Shown here: positions 13,450 through 25,989 of the stretch, piece by piece | Layout of the letters: every line of letters begins with the position of its first letter | Position numbering within the stretch: the stretch's first letter is position 1 | Assembly: GCA_028534125.1 (NCBI GenBank) | Contig: CM052818.1 | Coordinates: 35,094,001 to 35,158,000, forward strand | Length of the DNA stretch: 64,000 nt | Source: Lama glama | Lineage: Eukaryota | Reading direction: 5' to 3' | Position numbers and translations under genes: made by a program | Notes under the pieces: generated by a model | What the model was told of the DNA's origin: nothing | The model's input: only the letters and a program-made list of their open reading frames with translations | Databases searched by the model: none

Positions 13450-14720
13450 GCCCTAGAGCACTCTTCTCTAGGGCATTGATGCTCAGTTGTTCTTTTATCC
13501 ACATCTTCTTACCTACAAACATGCTCAAAGTTGTACACACTAAAAAACACTTTCCCTTGACCCTACCAACCCATTCAGGTTGCTCCCCCCACCTCTCTTC
13601 TCCCTACCACCAAACATAATGAAAAAGTTATCCAAGTTTGTCCTCACCCTGTGTCCCTGCTCTCTGTTCCTTCCAGTCTGGCTTTTGCTCCAGCCTCAAC
13701 TCATTTTGAGACCTCCCGCCCCCTAACGCCCTGCTCCATCTCAGTCGACACTAGTCATCCAAGCCCTCAGGACCGTGTTCCCTCCTTTCCCTCTGGTCTG
13801 CCAGTTTTCTCGGTCATTCGCTTCTCCTCCTTCGATGCCTACACATGGTTCCCTAAGTTTCTGCCCCCAGCTCTCTTCTTGGACACGTCTACCTCTCCAC
13901 AGCTGGTTCTCAAATCTTGCCCTGACTGCTCTAACAAGCTCACACCTAATGTCCACCTGCTTGTTGGACATGGTCACTTGCATTTAAGTCACCGCATCCT
14001 GGGCTAGACCCTTTGCTTTCCCTCCCTGCTCCAGCCCATTCCACCTGGTTTCCTGTCTCTGTTGTCAGCATCCCCAGTACTGTCTCCCAGGCTTTAAGCC
14101 CTGGAGTTATTCATGACTCCTTCCTCCTGCCAACACAAGTCAGTCACCAAATCCCACCAGTCCTGTTCCTGCAGGTCCCTCACCCCATCTTTTCCCTTTG
14201 GTCGAGCTGCTGAAACCCCAGTCCAATCAAGCTCCCACCATCCCTCCCTTGCCTAGCTGCTTGCTTCTTGTCTTCCCTTCTCTGAATCTCCACGCTCCTG
14301 TCACTGTGCATTATTCTAAAGCACAGCCAGGCAGACCATGCACAGTAAGGCCCCTCCTGGATGCAACCTCTCTTCCCACTAGATTTCCCACTGTCCTCGC
14401 TGTGTGTCCCCTGTCCAGCTTAACCGGACTGCTCACCACTGCCTCAGTGCCCCAGGGCTTTTGCATCTTTGCCTTTTGGCTTCCACTAGCTACTCAGCCT
14501 GAAATGCCTTCCCTAGTTATCATCTCCAACAATACCCATCCTTTAAGACCCAGTACATGTGATCCTTCTGGCTGGACATGATCTTTTCCTCTTCCTGACT
14601 TTGGTAGCATTGGTTTCCTGACTTTTAAATACTCTGCCTTGCAGCATAATTCTCTCTGTCTGTCTGTCTCTCTCTTCCTCCTACCTAAGAATGGGATTAC
14701 AAAGTCAAAGGATAAACATT
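13450..14720 (+). mobile_element. Degraded LINE-2 fragment
   Basis: C/T-rich L2-like motifs (CCTGCTTGTTGGACAT...CACTTGCATTT, CCTGGAGTTATTCATGACTCCTTCC, CCTGAAATGCCTTCC). Confidence 0.6.
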
Positions 14721-15512
14721 TTTATGACTCCAGATTCTTATTCCCATACTGCTTTCCAAAGAGTTGTGGCGAGTTACAGATAATAGTATTTCAGTGCTAC
14801 CATAGACCATTTGATTGCTAATACTGTCTCAGATCAACACATATTTAACTGCTTATTATGTGGGAGGCATTTGCATATTTATTTATGCATTAGAATCTCA
14901 TCCTGGAGCCTTAGACTTTCAGAGCTGGAGGACATCTGCTCATTTTACAAATGAAGACATGAGACCCAGAGGAATTAGGTGCAGCGTTCATGGGTGCAGA
15001 GTTTGAAAACACTAGCACGTCACATACAGTAAGCCTGAATCTGAGGGCCTCCGGTCCTCTGCGCTTTCCACCCAGCCCAGCTGGTGCAGTTTGGGTGTTT
15101 GTTTATTTCCCGTGACTGCTCAGCAGAGATGTGACAGCATGTCTGTCCTCTGGCCACCACTTCCCTGACAGTCTCTTCCATGGTGTGCATTTGGGCAGTA
15201 GAAGTGGGGAGGCTCTGGACCTTTAAGATCCCACGGCTAAGCCAAGACCTGTGTTGACTAGTGAAAGATTTACAGGTGCTGTTTTCTGAAAGGGGCTCCT
15301 TCCCTCCCTCTTGGAGTATTTCCTGCAGACTGTGGCATGTTGAGCATGAAGTGGCCTGCCATGCCTTGTCCCCCGCCCTCCATCCATGCCTTGCTTACTC
15401 TCCCTCTTTCTCTTGCGGTGCCGGGAGGAACCTTGCCCAGGCTCTCTATGTGCTCACCCTCTCTGAGCTTCAAGTACAAGCTTCTCCAAGAAGGCTTTTT
15501 TCAATTTTCCTG

Positions 15513-17431
15513 TGTACGAGTTATCTATTGCTACCTAACAAAGTCATCCTGAAACTTTTTACTTAAACAGTATAATTTCCCACAGTTCTCTGGACTGGCT
15601 GAGTGGTCCTCTGCTGGTCTGGCCAGAAAGGCTTCACTCAGCATGGGGTAGGCAGGGCTGATGGTCTGAGACATCCAGCAGCTGTTGGCTAACATCTGGG
15701 CACTTTGGTTCTCCCTCGTGTGGCCAGACCGGTCTCCTTCCATGGCAGTCTCAGGGCAATGTTTTAGCATGCAAGTGCTCATCCAGCCTCTAGTTGTCCA
15801 TGTGAGCCACTGTCCCATTGGCCAGAGCAAACCACAAGGCCGAGCTCAGAGTCCACGGGAGAAGAAGATGCACGTGGGATGTACATGGGGAGGCATGATG
15901 CATTGCATTGGGTCATCACTCCAACAACGTAGACAATTCTCCCTCTATCACAAATGCTTCATGTCCCTCCCACAGGCAAAACACCCTCACCCCTCCCAGG
16001 GCCCTCGAATCTCATCCATCATGATCCCAGGCTCACAGTGCAGGGCCTCGTGACCTGAATCGGGTTGAGTAGTGCGAGGGGCTCCTCAGGTGTGGTTCCT
16101 CAGATGGTTCATCTTGATCCAAGGATTGGTGAAGTGAAACGATAAAGCACCCCCTTCTCTCTCTATACCCAACACACGAGGGTGGCGTGTTGAACAGCTG
16201 TGTGGGGCAATGACCTTGGGATTCTTAAAAGCTCCCTTTTCAAGTGGGGTACAGCTCAGTGGTAGAGCGTGTGCTTAGCAGGCACGAGGTCCTGAGTCTA
16301 ATCCCCTGTACCACCATTAAAAAAATATAATAATTTTTTAAAACCCCTTTTCCTAAGTGAGAGGGTCTACCAGGCACCACCTTAAATTTTCCTAAGGTCT
16401 TAACAAAGAGTTACAGCCTTGAGCTTAATTTATCTTCACTCTGAAACCATATCTTATTCTGAGATTCTTTTGTCGGGCAGACAGACTAGAAAAATGAAAC
16501 ATTAATTTTGGAACCTAGCACACACCCGACCTTCCGTGTTCTTCTAAATTCTACTTGCAAACTGCACAGTTCCTCCTTCCCTCACCTTATGGTTAAAGCT
16601 GCTAAAAAAGACAATTTACACCTTTAACATTCTGCCTGGAGATTTCCTGAGCCAGAGTCACAAGTTCATTAAGTATGTTTTCCATCTTTCAAGTTCCTGC
16701 AGGTGACAGTGCGCAGGACTGCTTTCACTCCTGTCATTGTTTCACGGCTGTGAGACACAGGTGGCTGTCTTTCCAGCCTCCGAAGTGCCCCCCAAACCTC
16801 TGGCCTGCGCTGCGGCCTCCTTGCCTCCCTGCCTGCCTCCGTTTGCCACGCAGTCTGGAGCCAGTGCCGCACGCCGTGTGTTTTTGTTCCAGCGCCACTT
16901 CCTTCTGGGTATTGTTTTCTGTATACTACCTATTCCTGAGTAAAAATCACCCCAAATCTTTAAAAATATTAATGCATTATTTCTCTCAATTCTGCAGGAC
17001 AGCTGAGAGGCTCCTCTGCAGGTGTCACCAGGGCCCCCTCATGTGGCTGCACTTTCACTATAAGGTCAACTGGACTAGAATGACCAAGATGGCCTCACTC
17101 ACATGCCCAGGAAGAGGTGCAGGCCAACAGCTGGGGTGCCTCGGTTTTCCTCCACATGGCCTCTCATCCCCCATCAGGCTACATTTGCTTCCTTCTATGG
17201 TGCTCACAGGGCAATGTTCCAAGAGCGCAGCCTTCAAGTGCAAGGATCATCAAGCCTTTGGTTGCGTGATAAGTGCCATTGTCCCACTGGCCAGTGCAAG
17301 TCTCACAGCCTAGTTAGTCAGTGTGGGAGGGGAAGACACAAGAGCATGTGTACCGTGAGGCATGATTCACTAGGGACCACTGCTTAAGGTCCACCACACA
17401 CCATGGGGACCAGCATTTACAGTCTACCACA
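15513..17431 (-). mobile_element. MaLR (MLT1G/H-like) element with two LTRs and internal region
   Basis: Two homologous LTRs at ~15513-15935 and ~16921-17431. The internal region starts with an MLT1-int-like GAAAACAATACCCAGAAGGAAGTGG (minus strand) and ends in a polypurine tract AGAGGGAGAAT before the 3' LTR. Confidence 0.7.
16244..16340 (+). mobile_element. tRNA-derived SINE (vic-1-like) inside the MaLR internal region
   Basis: GGTACAGCTCAGTGGTAGAGCGTGTGCTTAGCAGGCACGAGGTCCTGAGTCTAATCCC followed by an A-rich tail. Confidence 0.85.
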
Positions 17432-19444
17432 CCGTGGGGGCTTTCACTTCCGGGCCACCAAACCATGCCTTTAGACTGAATGAGTCTCTCCTTTGGGCTC
17501 TTTCAGCACTTTGAACCTTTATCAAAATACCCTTAATGTAGTTTCTCTTGAAACATAGTCATTTCCATATAATTCACTTGCCATCTGCAAGCTGCTTGAA
17601 GCAGAGAATGCCAGGTCTGTTTTCCATCTCACTTTCCATTTCACAGCCCAGCACAGCAAGGGTTCAGCCAGTACGAGCTGCTAGGGACAGAGTCCCAGCA
17701 ACACAGCCCAGGGCACGGTGGTTTGTGTAGGGCTGGCAAGGGCTTCCTCCTTGATGTTTCTCACCGAGGACCTAAAGAACTGCACGGGTTCTGAATCCCC
17801 TCCAGTCTGTGACTTTTCCAGTTTTCTGTAAAGTCATGAAAGGATGTTGACAGGTGGGAAGGTGTTAGTCTTAATATCAAGAAAAGTCTTTTCTGTCATA
17901 ATCACACTCAGCACCTGCACCCCAGGCAGGTGCAGACCCTCTGAGGCCCAACCCAAACCCGAGGCCTCCCTCTCATCACTCAAGGCTCTTAATCATCCTG
18001 TGTTCTGACCATGAGTCCCAGGTTTGAGGAACTTGAGATCTATTTGAGAAAACAGAATGGGCCCATACGAAACAACCCAAACTACTCACTAAGCAACTTG
18101 TCCATATGTGCAAAAATCCGTGCACTACACCTGGGCCTGAACTTGAAGGGGATACAACATAGAAGTGGTCAGAATAGAGTGAAGTTCAGTCTAAGGAAGG
18201 AGTCTCCTTAGAGAAGGTGAAGGTTGAGTTGGACCTTGAAACAGGATGCGGACAGACCTTGATGGAGACAGTGAAGGTATGAAATCAAATGAATGAGGTA
18301 AGACATTAGCATCTGACGCGTGGAGAGAGTAAGCAGACCGTGGAGGCAGGAAAAGAAGCAGGTTGGGGAATAAATGAGGTGATAGATGTGCCTTTCAAAA
18401 CCCGAGCAAATCAAATCCAACTGTTTGTTCCCAGTGGGTCGCCTGGGTACCTGAGGGTGCCTCTGTGGATGAAGTTTGATTTTGGATATTCCCTCACCTT
18501 ACACTGAAGTGGTTTTGCAGTTGAAACAATTGAAGAGCTGGTGCTGCCAATTTAAGAGAGAAGTAAAGGCGGTGTGATGGCTGCCCCGGGGGGCGCAGAG
18601 CTCTGTGCAGCAGTGCTGGGGAATTGCCAGCAGGGAGGGTGCTACTGGGTTCCCCCGTGTTCCACATGATTTGCTGCAGCTCTGGTGGCCCCTCCAGTTC
18701 CAACTGGGTGATATTTTTCCCTTTTGCCATTTGGGCTCATTGCTCCTGCATTTTCGTAAAAGATGGAAAAATACCAACGTGAGGTAGAGGAGGAATTTTC
18801 TAGGCATATGGTGTTTCTGATCTATCCTGGAAGCACCTTTAATACGACATGAGATGGAGCCACAGAGGCCCCTGAGTAGGTCCAAGAAGCACTCAGTGGT
18901 GCTGATCCAGGCCCTAAAGGAATTCCTTATGGGGAACAAGAAAAGGCCCTGGACTGCTCCTGAGCGCTGAGATGCTGAGATGAGGAACATAACTGAGCAG
19001 AAGACTTAACCCCAGAACAGGGACTTCGGCACGTGTTGAGAAGCACAAAAAGATGGAATAGCTCAGCCTGAGCGACAAGAAAGTGCTTTTCTGTTCCTGG
19101 GGGCTGTGGGCCTCCCGCATCCTTCTCTCTGGCTCTGAGGAGGGACACAGAAGTGGGGACCGCATAGCTCTCTTGTCTTTCCTTCCTCACATGAACACAC
19201 GGAGCCGAGAAACTTCCATTTCCAAAGCCCAAAGCTGCCTGGTACCTTCTGGAATGTAAAGCAGCTCAGCCTCCCTCTCCCCTCAGCACCCGGGCAGATT
19301 GGATGGTGTTCAAGCACGTGTGGGCACCAGCGAGCGGGCAGAAGTGCCTTCTTCCTTCCAGCCTAGCTTGTTGGCCAGTGTCCTTTGCACTCTTCCTACA
19401 ACCAGAACCTCTTTGAATAATTAACTTTAACCAGTGGAGAAGCT

Positions 19445-19590
19445 CAGTGGTTCTCCACTTCAGCTACGCCTTATATCGCTTGGGGGCACTTTAAAAAAAT
19501 TCAGTTCATTCAGGGTGGGTCCCAGATGTTGGAATTTTTTTCAAAAGCACACCGGGTGATTGGCCTGCAGCCAGATTGAGAACAGCCGAA
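19445..19590. mobile_element. MER5A-like hAT remnant
   Basis: CAGTGGTTCTCCACTT ... GGTGATT...GCAGCCAGATTGAGAACAGCCG, with inverted termini. Confidence 0.6.
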
Positions 19591-19743
19591 ATTATTAATC
19601 TTGACCCAGTTTAGAAAGTTTAGTCAACACAGAATTTGTTGATCTTTGGGGGTATCTGAAAGTATCACATAAATAATGAACTAGCAAACCCTAGGAGATT
19701 TTGGAGACTGTGGCCTCTGGCTTGCCTTCTTGGGGTAATTCTT

Positions 19744-19969
19744 CTCTTTTTTTTTTTTCACTTTTTAGTATTTTTAAAAATTTTTTTCAATTGAAATATA
19801 GTTGATTTATAATGTGTCAGTTTCTGATGTGCAGCACAGTAATTCAGTCATATGTATATATTCTTTTTCATTAAAGGTTATTACAAGCTATTGAATATAG
19901 CTCCCTATGCCACACAGTAGGTCCTTGTTGTTTATCTATTCTGTCTATACTAGTTCGTATCTGCTAAAC
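19744..19969 (-). mobile_element. 5'-truncated L1 3' end
   Basis: PolyT followed by ATTGAAATATAGTTGATTTATAATGTG...TATTGAATATAGCTCCCTATGC, flanked by TCTTGGGGT.ATT repeats. Confidence 0.85.
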
Positions 19970-21322
19970 TCTTGGGGTCATTTTTAAAAAAAATTTTTAA
20001 CTGAGTTATAGTCTTGGGGTTATTCTTGAGGATCTTTTGGGGGATCATTTAGCCTCTGGCCTCCTAAGCTTTCCACACTATGACAGAATAGATCACGCCT
20101 GCCATCACAAGCCCACAGAAAATACCATCATGGACTGTCCAGTCCAGTGCAATCTTCATCGTGACACCAAAGCACAGTTTTGTGGAAGAGCAGTACTGCT
20201 GTCCACGATACTAATCGTAGAAGGTTTCATTCATAAAGGTTTTCCATACAGGTAGTCACAGACTCTCAGAATCCACAAGATGCTAGGGAGCGTGGGAGAG
20301 TCCTGTCCCAGCACTGCCCCTCTTCCTGGTCATCCTATCCCCAGCCAGGGCCTCCCAACTTGTGTTCTGCGTCACCATCATGCCGTGTGGATAAGACTGA
20401 GAACCAATGACTCAGCTTCTGGAGGGAAGGATTTACACATTGCTATTCACTGTGCAAAATAGCAATTCCCTATTTATTTCTTCCAAATCTTCCTCTTTCA
20501 ATCACCACTAGCTGCTTTTAGTGCTGGCATTCTAAGATTTGGTGACTGTATGTGGGTTCCAACTACGCACATCCTAGGCACATCACGTCTAAGCTCTCAC
20601 CATCCTCTGAAGGCCAGGGTTTGGTTTTTACTTGTCGTTATGTAAAGGACATGTTTTCTGCTTGCCGTTTTAATTATTCTCTCCGGGCCTCTTTCCAGTC
20701 CTGTTATATCATCTGTAAGTGCCAGAGAACAGAATGACACACATTATGGTGTCAATTTACTATAATTTGATACAAGGATGGGATTGTGATATTTTGTTCC
20801 CAGTATTCTTATCTGCATGTTATTGGGAGTTTTGGCTGGGGGCTGGGGGGCAGGAGAGTAGACCCATGACTTCAGGGAGTGGTTTCAGGTTCATTAAATT
20901 ATTTTCTTTGAGTCATTATTACCTTCCTGTTGCCCACATGACACTCAGCCGGCAGGTGCCTGCCCTCCTACGCAGCTCTTTACATCCTGCTGCAGCTTTA
21001 TTTCTGCCACTGTCAGATCGCTACCTGGCCAAACCTGGTGTTGCAAATGACCTTGGAGGTTCTGTGGCGTACCTCTGCCCCAGATCATTTATAATCATGG
21101 AAATTAAGACTTGAATGTTTGACTGCAGAATGAAAATGTGACAGGTTCTATTACAGATTTTTTTAAAGTACTTTTTCCAGTTTTCAAAGAGGTACATGTT
21201 CATTTCAGGTATTTTGAAAATATAAACAAAGAAAATGAAAATCACTCCTAATCCTACCACTCAGAGATCATCTCTGCTAATATTTTGATTTATAATCTTC
21301 CATTCTTTTATTTAGGGAGCGC

Positions 21323-21323
<1 letters not shown>

Positions 21324-21357
<34 letters not shown>
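21324..21357. repeat. (AC)17 microsatellite
   Basis: Direct reading. Confidence 0.95.
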
Positions 21358-21362
<5 letters not shown>

Positions 21363-21429
21363 AACTCTTTCCCATTATCTTTTAAAAATATGATATTTGA
21401 TATACACAAAAATACATTAACATCACACA

Positions 21430-24340
21430 CATACACACACGCACCAAGAAATAAAACATCACGAATAATTGACAATAACATCACTTACCGAAGTGCTCTC
21501 TCAGCCCACTGTTTCCTCCCACAGGGTAACTATTTCCTTGAAGTTGGGATTTATTATTTCCTTGCTTTATAAAAGTAATTTTACAAATTGTTTGGCTTTA
21601 CTTGATTCTAAGCATAAAAGTGGGGCTCGTACTATACTCCTATGTCTCCTGCTTTTTTTACTTAAAAAATACGTTGGTTCACTTTATCCATGTTGTTGAT
21701 GGAGATACAGTTTTTTTCCTTTTCGCTGCTGTTTAATATTTCCATTGTGGAGATATACACTATTTACTCCTCCTTTTCTTGCTGGACAGTTGGCTTGTTC
21801 TTAGCAGTTTGCCAATATAACTAGTGCTTGTACTTGTCTCTTGATGCAATGTCGAGAGAGTCTTTGGGGTGAAATTGTTGGATATAAAGTATGCAGCGTT
21901 CACCTTTATGAGGCATTGCCGAAACAGATGCACCAATTTACATTCCCAACATTGATGCAGAAGAGTTCCCATCTGATCGACCTCCTGTCTGACGTTTGGA
22001 ATTGTCAGGCTTTAAAACTTCTGCCTTTCTAGTAGGTGTATAACACTGAGCATTAATTTGCATTTTCCTGAATACAAATGAAATTGAGGACCTTTTCATA
22101 TGTTTACTTGCCATGTGTGTTTGCTCTTCTGGAATATATCTGCTTATATTTTTGCCCCTTTTTCTATTGGGTTGTTTGTCTCTCGTGCATATTTTTAAGC
22201 AAAATTTGAATCCTATGATACATACTGTCTTGTACTTTTCCACGACATGAAACATTCTTTCACATCGTGATTTTAATGGCTGTGGCATGTTCTATCTCAT
22301 GGACATCTCATAGTTTCATTAATCACTGTATTTGTTTTGTACTTTGCTTTTATAACTGAATAACAGACCCTGGCAATTACTTCATGTCAGTTTATAAAGA
22401 TAGTCTTTTTTTTATCCCCCCCAACTCGTAAAGGTATTCTTGATTGCTCCCCAGTAGCTGATTGTTTATAAGTCCCACAGTTTACTCAACCAGTATTCTG
22501 TGTCTGGACATTTAGGTAGTTTCCAATATCCTGCAAATACAATTAATGGTACAATGAAGAAGCTTACATATGTAAGCTACATATTATTTTTGGAGTTATT
22601 TTTAGAGTAAATTCCTAGAAATGAAAGTGCTAGGTTGAAAGGTAAGTGTCCCAATTGTTTCATTAGATATTGCCAAGTACTGCTCCATATGAGCTGTACT
22701 ATTTTTAATTCCCTCTAGTAATACTTGTTTTCTGTAATCTCACCAACAGAGTAAGGATGTGGATAGCTGTCCAGTTGTCCCAACACCACTCATTAAAAAA
22801 TCCTTCTTTGCTGCAGCCATTGACTGTTAATCATGTACGGGGTTGATTTCTGTACCTTCCATTCAGTTACACCTGTCTGCCTATTCCTGTGTCAGAACCA
22901 TGCTGTTTTCATTCAAGAGACTCTGTGTTATGTTTTAATATTTGCTGGGACTAGTCACCTCTCATACATCTTCATTTTTAGTGTTTTACTAGCTATTCTT
23001 GAGTGCTTATTTTCCCACATGAAGTTTGGTATCAATTTGTCTAGCTACATAAAAACTTGTTTGTATTTTTGGGGGAAACATGTTAAATCTATAAATTAAC
23101 ATAAGAACTGTCATCTTGATGATATTGAGATATTTTAACCAAAACCAAGGGATTGTCTTTTTCAAGTATATTTTTGTGTCTTTCAAGATGGTTTTATAGC
23201 TCTCTTTTTTCGAAGAACCAGATTTACTGAGACATAATCCACTTTCAATCCATCTATTTAAAGTGTACACTTTAGTGGTTTTTAGTACATTCACAGAGTG
23301 TGTAACTTTCACCACAATCAACTTCAGAACATTTTCATCAACTCAAAAGTAACCCCATACCCATTAGCAGTTCTTTCCCAATCCCTCAACACCCTAGCCC
23401 CTGGCAACCACTATTCTACTGTCTATTTCTATAGACCTACCTATTCTGGACATTTCATGTATAGAATCATGTAATATGTGGTCTTCTGTGACTGGCTACT
23501 TTCACTTGCCATAATGTTTTCCAGGTTCATCCATGTTATAACATGTACTCCATTCTTTTTTATTGCTAAATAATATTCCACCATATGGATGGATTTACCA
23601 CATTTTGTTTATCCATACATTGGCTGATGGAGTTCAGGGTTGTTTTCACTTTTTGCCTATTAGGAATAAGACCTGATGAACATGTGTGTGTAGGTTTTTG
23701 TGTGGGTATATACCTAGAAGTAGAATTGTAGGGTTATATGATAACTTCATGTCTAACATTTTGAAGAACTGCCAAGCTGTTTTCTGGAGCAATTGTTCCT
23801 ACCATTTGCATTCCTACCAGAAAGCATCAAGGTTCCGGTTTCTCCACACCCTCACCAAAACTTGTTACTGCCTGTGACTTTGATTATAGCCATCCTAGTC
23901 GGGGTGAAACAGTATCTCATTGTGTCCTTGGTTTACATTCCACTAAGAGTAATCATGTTGAGCATCTTCACATGTGCTTATTGGCCATCTATACATTTTC
24001 TTTGAAGAAATGTCTGCTCAAATCCTTTCCCCATTTTTCACTTGAGTTATTTGTTTTATAATTGTTGTGTGGTTTATATATCCTGGGTTATATGTCCCTT
24101 ATCATATATATTATTTAGAAGTATTTTCTCCCATTCTGTAGATTGTCTTTGCACTGTTTCATGGTGTCCCTTGACACACAAAAGCCTTTTATTTTGAGAA
24201 AGTCCAGTTTATCTATTGTACCTTTTGTCATTTGTTCTTGTGGTGGTGTATCTAAGAAGGCTTTGCCAAACCCAAGGTAATACAGATTTACACTTCTGTT
24301 TTCTTCTAAGGGCTTTATAGTTTTAGCTTTTACGTTTAGG
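21430..24340 (-). mobile_element. Cluster of old L1M fragments
   Basis: ORF 21938..22288 (ASKHMKRSSISFVFRKMQI) and ORF 23007..23321 (LIYRFNMFPPKIQTSF) are L1 ORF2-like. L1MB-type 3' UTR at ~23225-23700. Confidence 0.8.
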
Positions 24341-24341
24341 T

Positions 24342-24698
24342 TGTTGAAGTCCTAACCATTACCACAGAATGTGACCATATTTGCAGATAAAGTCTTTAAA
24401 GAGATAACTAAGTTAAAATGAGGTCCTTAGGGTGGGCCCTACTCTAATATGACTGGTGTCCTTATAAGAGGAGATTAGGACACAGACACAGCACAAAGGG
24501 AAGACCATGTGAAGACACAGGGAGAAGGCGACTATCTACAAGCCAAGGAGAGAGGCCTCTGAAGAAATCAACCCTGCTGATTGTGCAAACGCAAGGCTGT
24601 TCTTGAACCTCTAGCCTCCAGAATTCTGGGGAGACAAGCTTCTGTTCTCTAGGCCAGTCTGTGGTACTTTGTTATGGTAGTTCTACCAAATTAATACA
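24342..24698 (+). mobile_element. MLT1A/B-like LTR
   Basis: GGGTGGGCCCTA.TCTAATATGACTGGTGTCCTTATAAGAG, CAAGCCAAGGAGAGAGGCCT, ends TAATACA. Confidence 0.85.
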
Positions 24699-24793
24699 TA
24701 AAACCCACTTGGCCACAGTATGATTATATTCTTAAATCATATGGGCCTTGTGCTTTTTTTGAAAGAAATAACTTTCTTTCTTTTCCTCTAGTA

Positions 24794-24996
24794 TAGGAGT
24801 GGCAAACTGCAACCCATGGCCAGATCTAGCTTGCTGCCTAGTTTTGTAAATCCAGTTTATTCCGGACATAGCCACACCCACCTATTTGCATATTATTTAT
24901 GGCTGCTTTTGTGCTGGCTGGCAGGGTTGAATAGTTAAGTCTGCAAACTCAAAATATTTACTCTCTGGTTCTTTAGAAAAAACTTGCTGACCCCTG
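24794..24996. mobile_element. MER58A hAT MITE
   Basis: TIRs (T)AGGAGTGGCAAACT ... CTTGCTGACCCCTG. Perfect 8-bp TSD CTCTAGTA at 24786-24793 and 24997-25004. Confidence 0.85.
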
Positions 24997-25227
24997 CTCT
25001 AGTAGCTACTTAGTATGGGCTTATGTGCATAGTATTTTTTGAGTTCTTGCATTTAAAAAATATTTTTCTTTCTTTTTTTTATATAGCTTTTGATGCTTAA
25101 AAAACAGCATGGATGGATGGATATAAAATCCTTAGCTTGCATCTTCTTTCCTTGAGTTTTTTAGAAAATGCTGAAACTGCTGCATCACTGTTGCCTTCCT
25201 TTGCTCTTGAGAAGTCTGATGCCAAAT

Positions 25228-25665
25228 ACCTGGTTACTAGATTCTGTAACAACTACCTACCCTAAAAGGAGCGGCTGAAGTAAGAACCTTTTAGATTGTA
25301 ATTTTACAATCCTTGGGGTCAGGATTTCAGGTAGGATTTGGCTGGATGATTCTTCTGTTCCACGTGGCTTCAACTGCGGCTCCTCAGTGGTATTCAGCTG
25401 GTAACTGGACTGATAGAGAAAATGCATGATGACTTCACTCGTATCAGCTGGAATCAGGTAGGCCCCTCTTGCTGTCCATGTAGGCGCAGATGCTCTCCCC
25501 AGGGAGTTAGATATTTTATATAGTGGCTCAGGGCTTTAAAGGCAAGTGTTCCCTTGTGGACCCAGGTGGATTCTTCAAGACTCTTCTGACCTAGCTTTGG
25601 AAGTTCATAACATTACACATTCTGTTGGTCAGGCAATTCACTTAGGCCAGCCTGGATCAAAAGAA
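25228..25665 (-). mobile_element. Old MLT1 LTR fragment
   Basis: GGTCAGGATTTCAG...GATGATTCTTCTGTTCCACGTGG...GACCTAGCTTTGGAAGTTC, typical of an MLT1 reverse complement. Confidence 0.55.
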
Positions 25666-25686
25666 GAGATAAAGAATTTACAGCCA

Positions 25687-25989
25687 GAAACAGACTCACA
25701 GACATGGAAAACAAACTTATGGTTACCAAGGGGGACAGGGGATGGGCAAGGATAAATTGGGAGTTCAAGATTTGCAGATACTAACTACTATATATAAAAT
25801 AGATAAACAACAAGTTTCTATTGTATAGCACAGGGAACTATATTCAATATCTTGTAGTAACCTACAATGAAAAAGAATATGAAAACAAATATATATATAT
25901 GTATATATGACTGAAACTATGCTGTACATCAGAAATTGACACATTGAAAACTGACTATACTTACATTTAAAAAAATTAAAAATTAAAAA
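25687..25989 (+). mobile_element. 5'-truncated L1 3' end
   Basis: ACTCACAGACATGGAAAACAAACTTATGGTTACC...TATAGCACAGGGAACTATATTCAATATC...polyA. 16-bp TSD AAAGAATTTACAGCCA at 25671-25686 and 25990-26005. Confidence 0.9.

Noticed and set aside
16675..17313. 212-aa ORF
   Set aside because: It lies antisense within the MaLR internal/LTR sequence and has no protein-like features.
18499..18990. 163-aa minus-strand ORF in unique sequence
   Set aside because: No recognisable domain and no supporting exon structure or promoter; compatible with chance.
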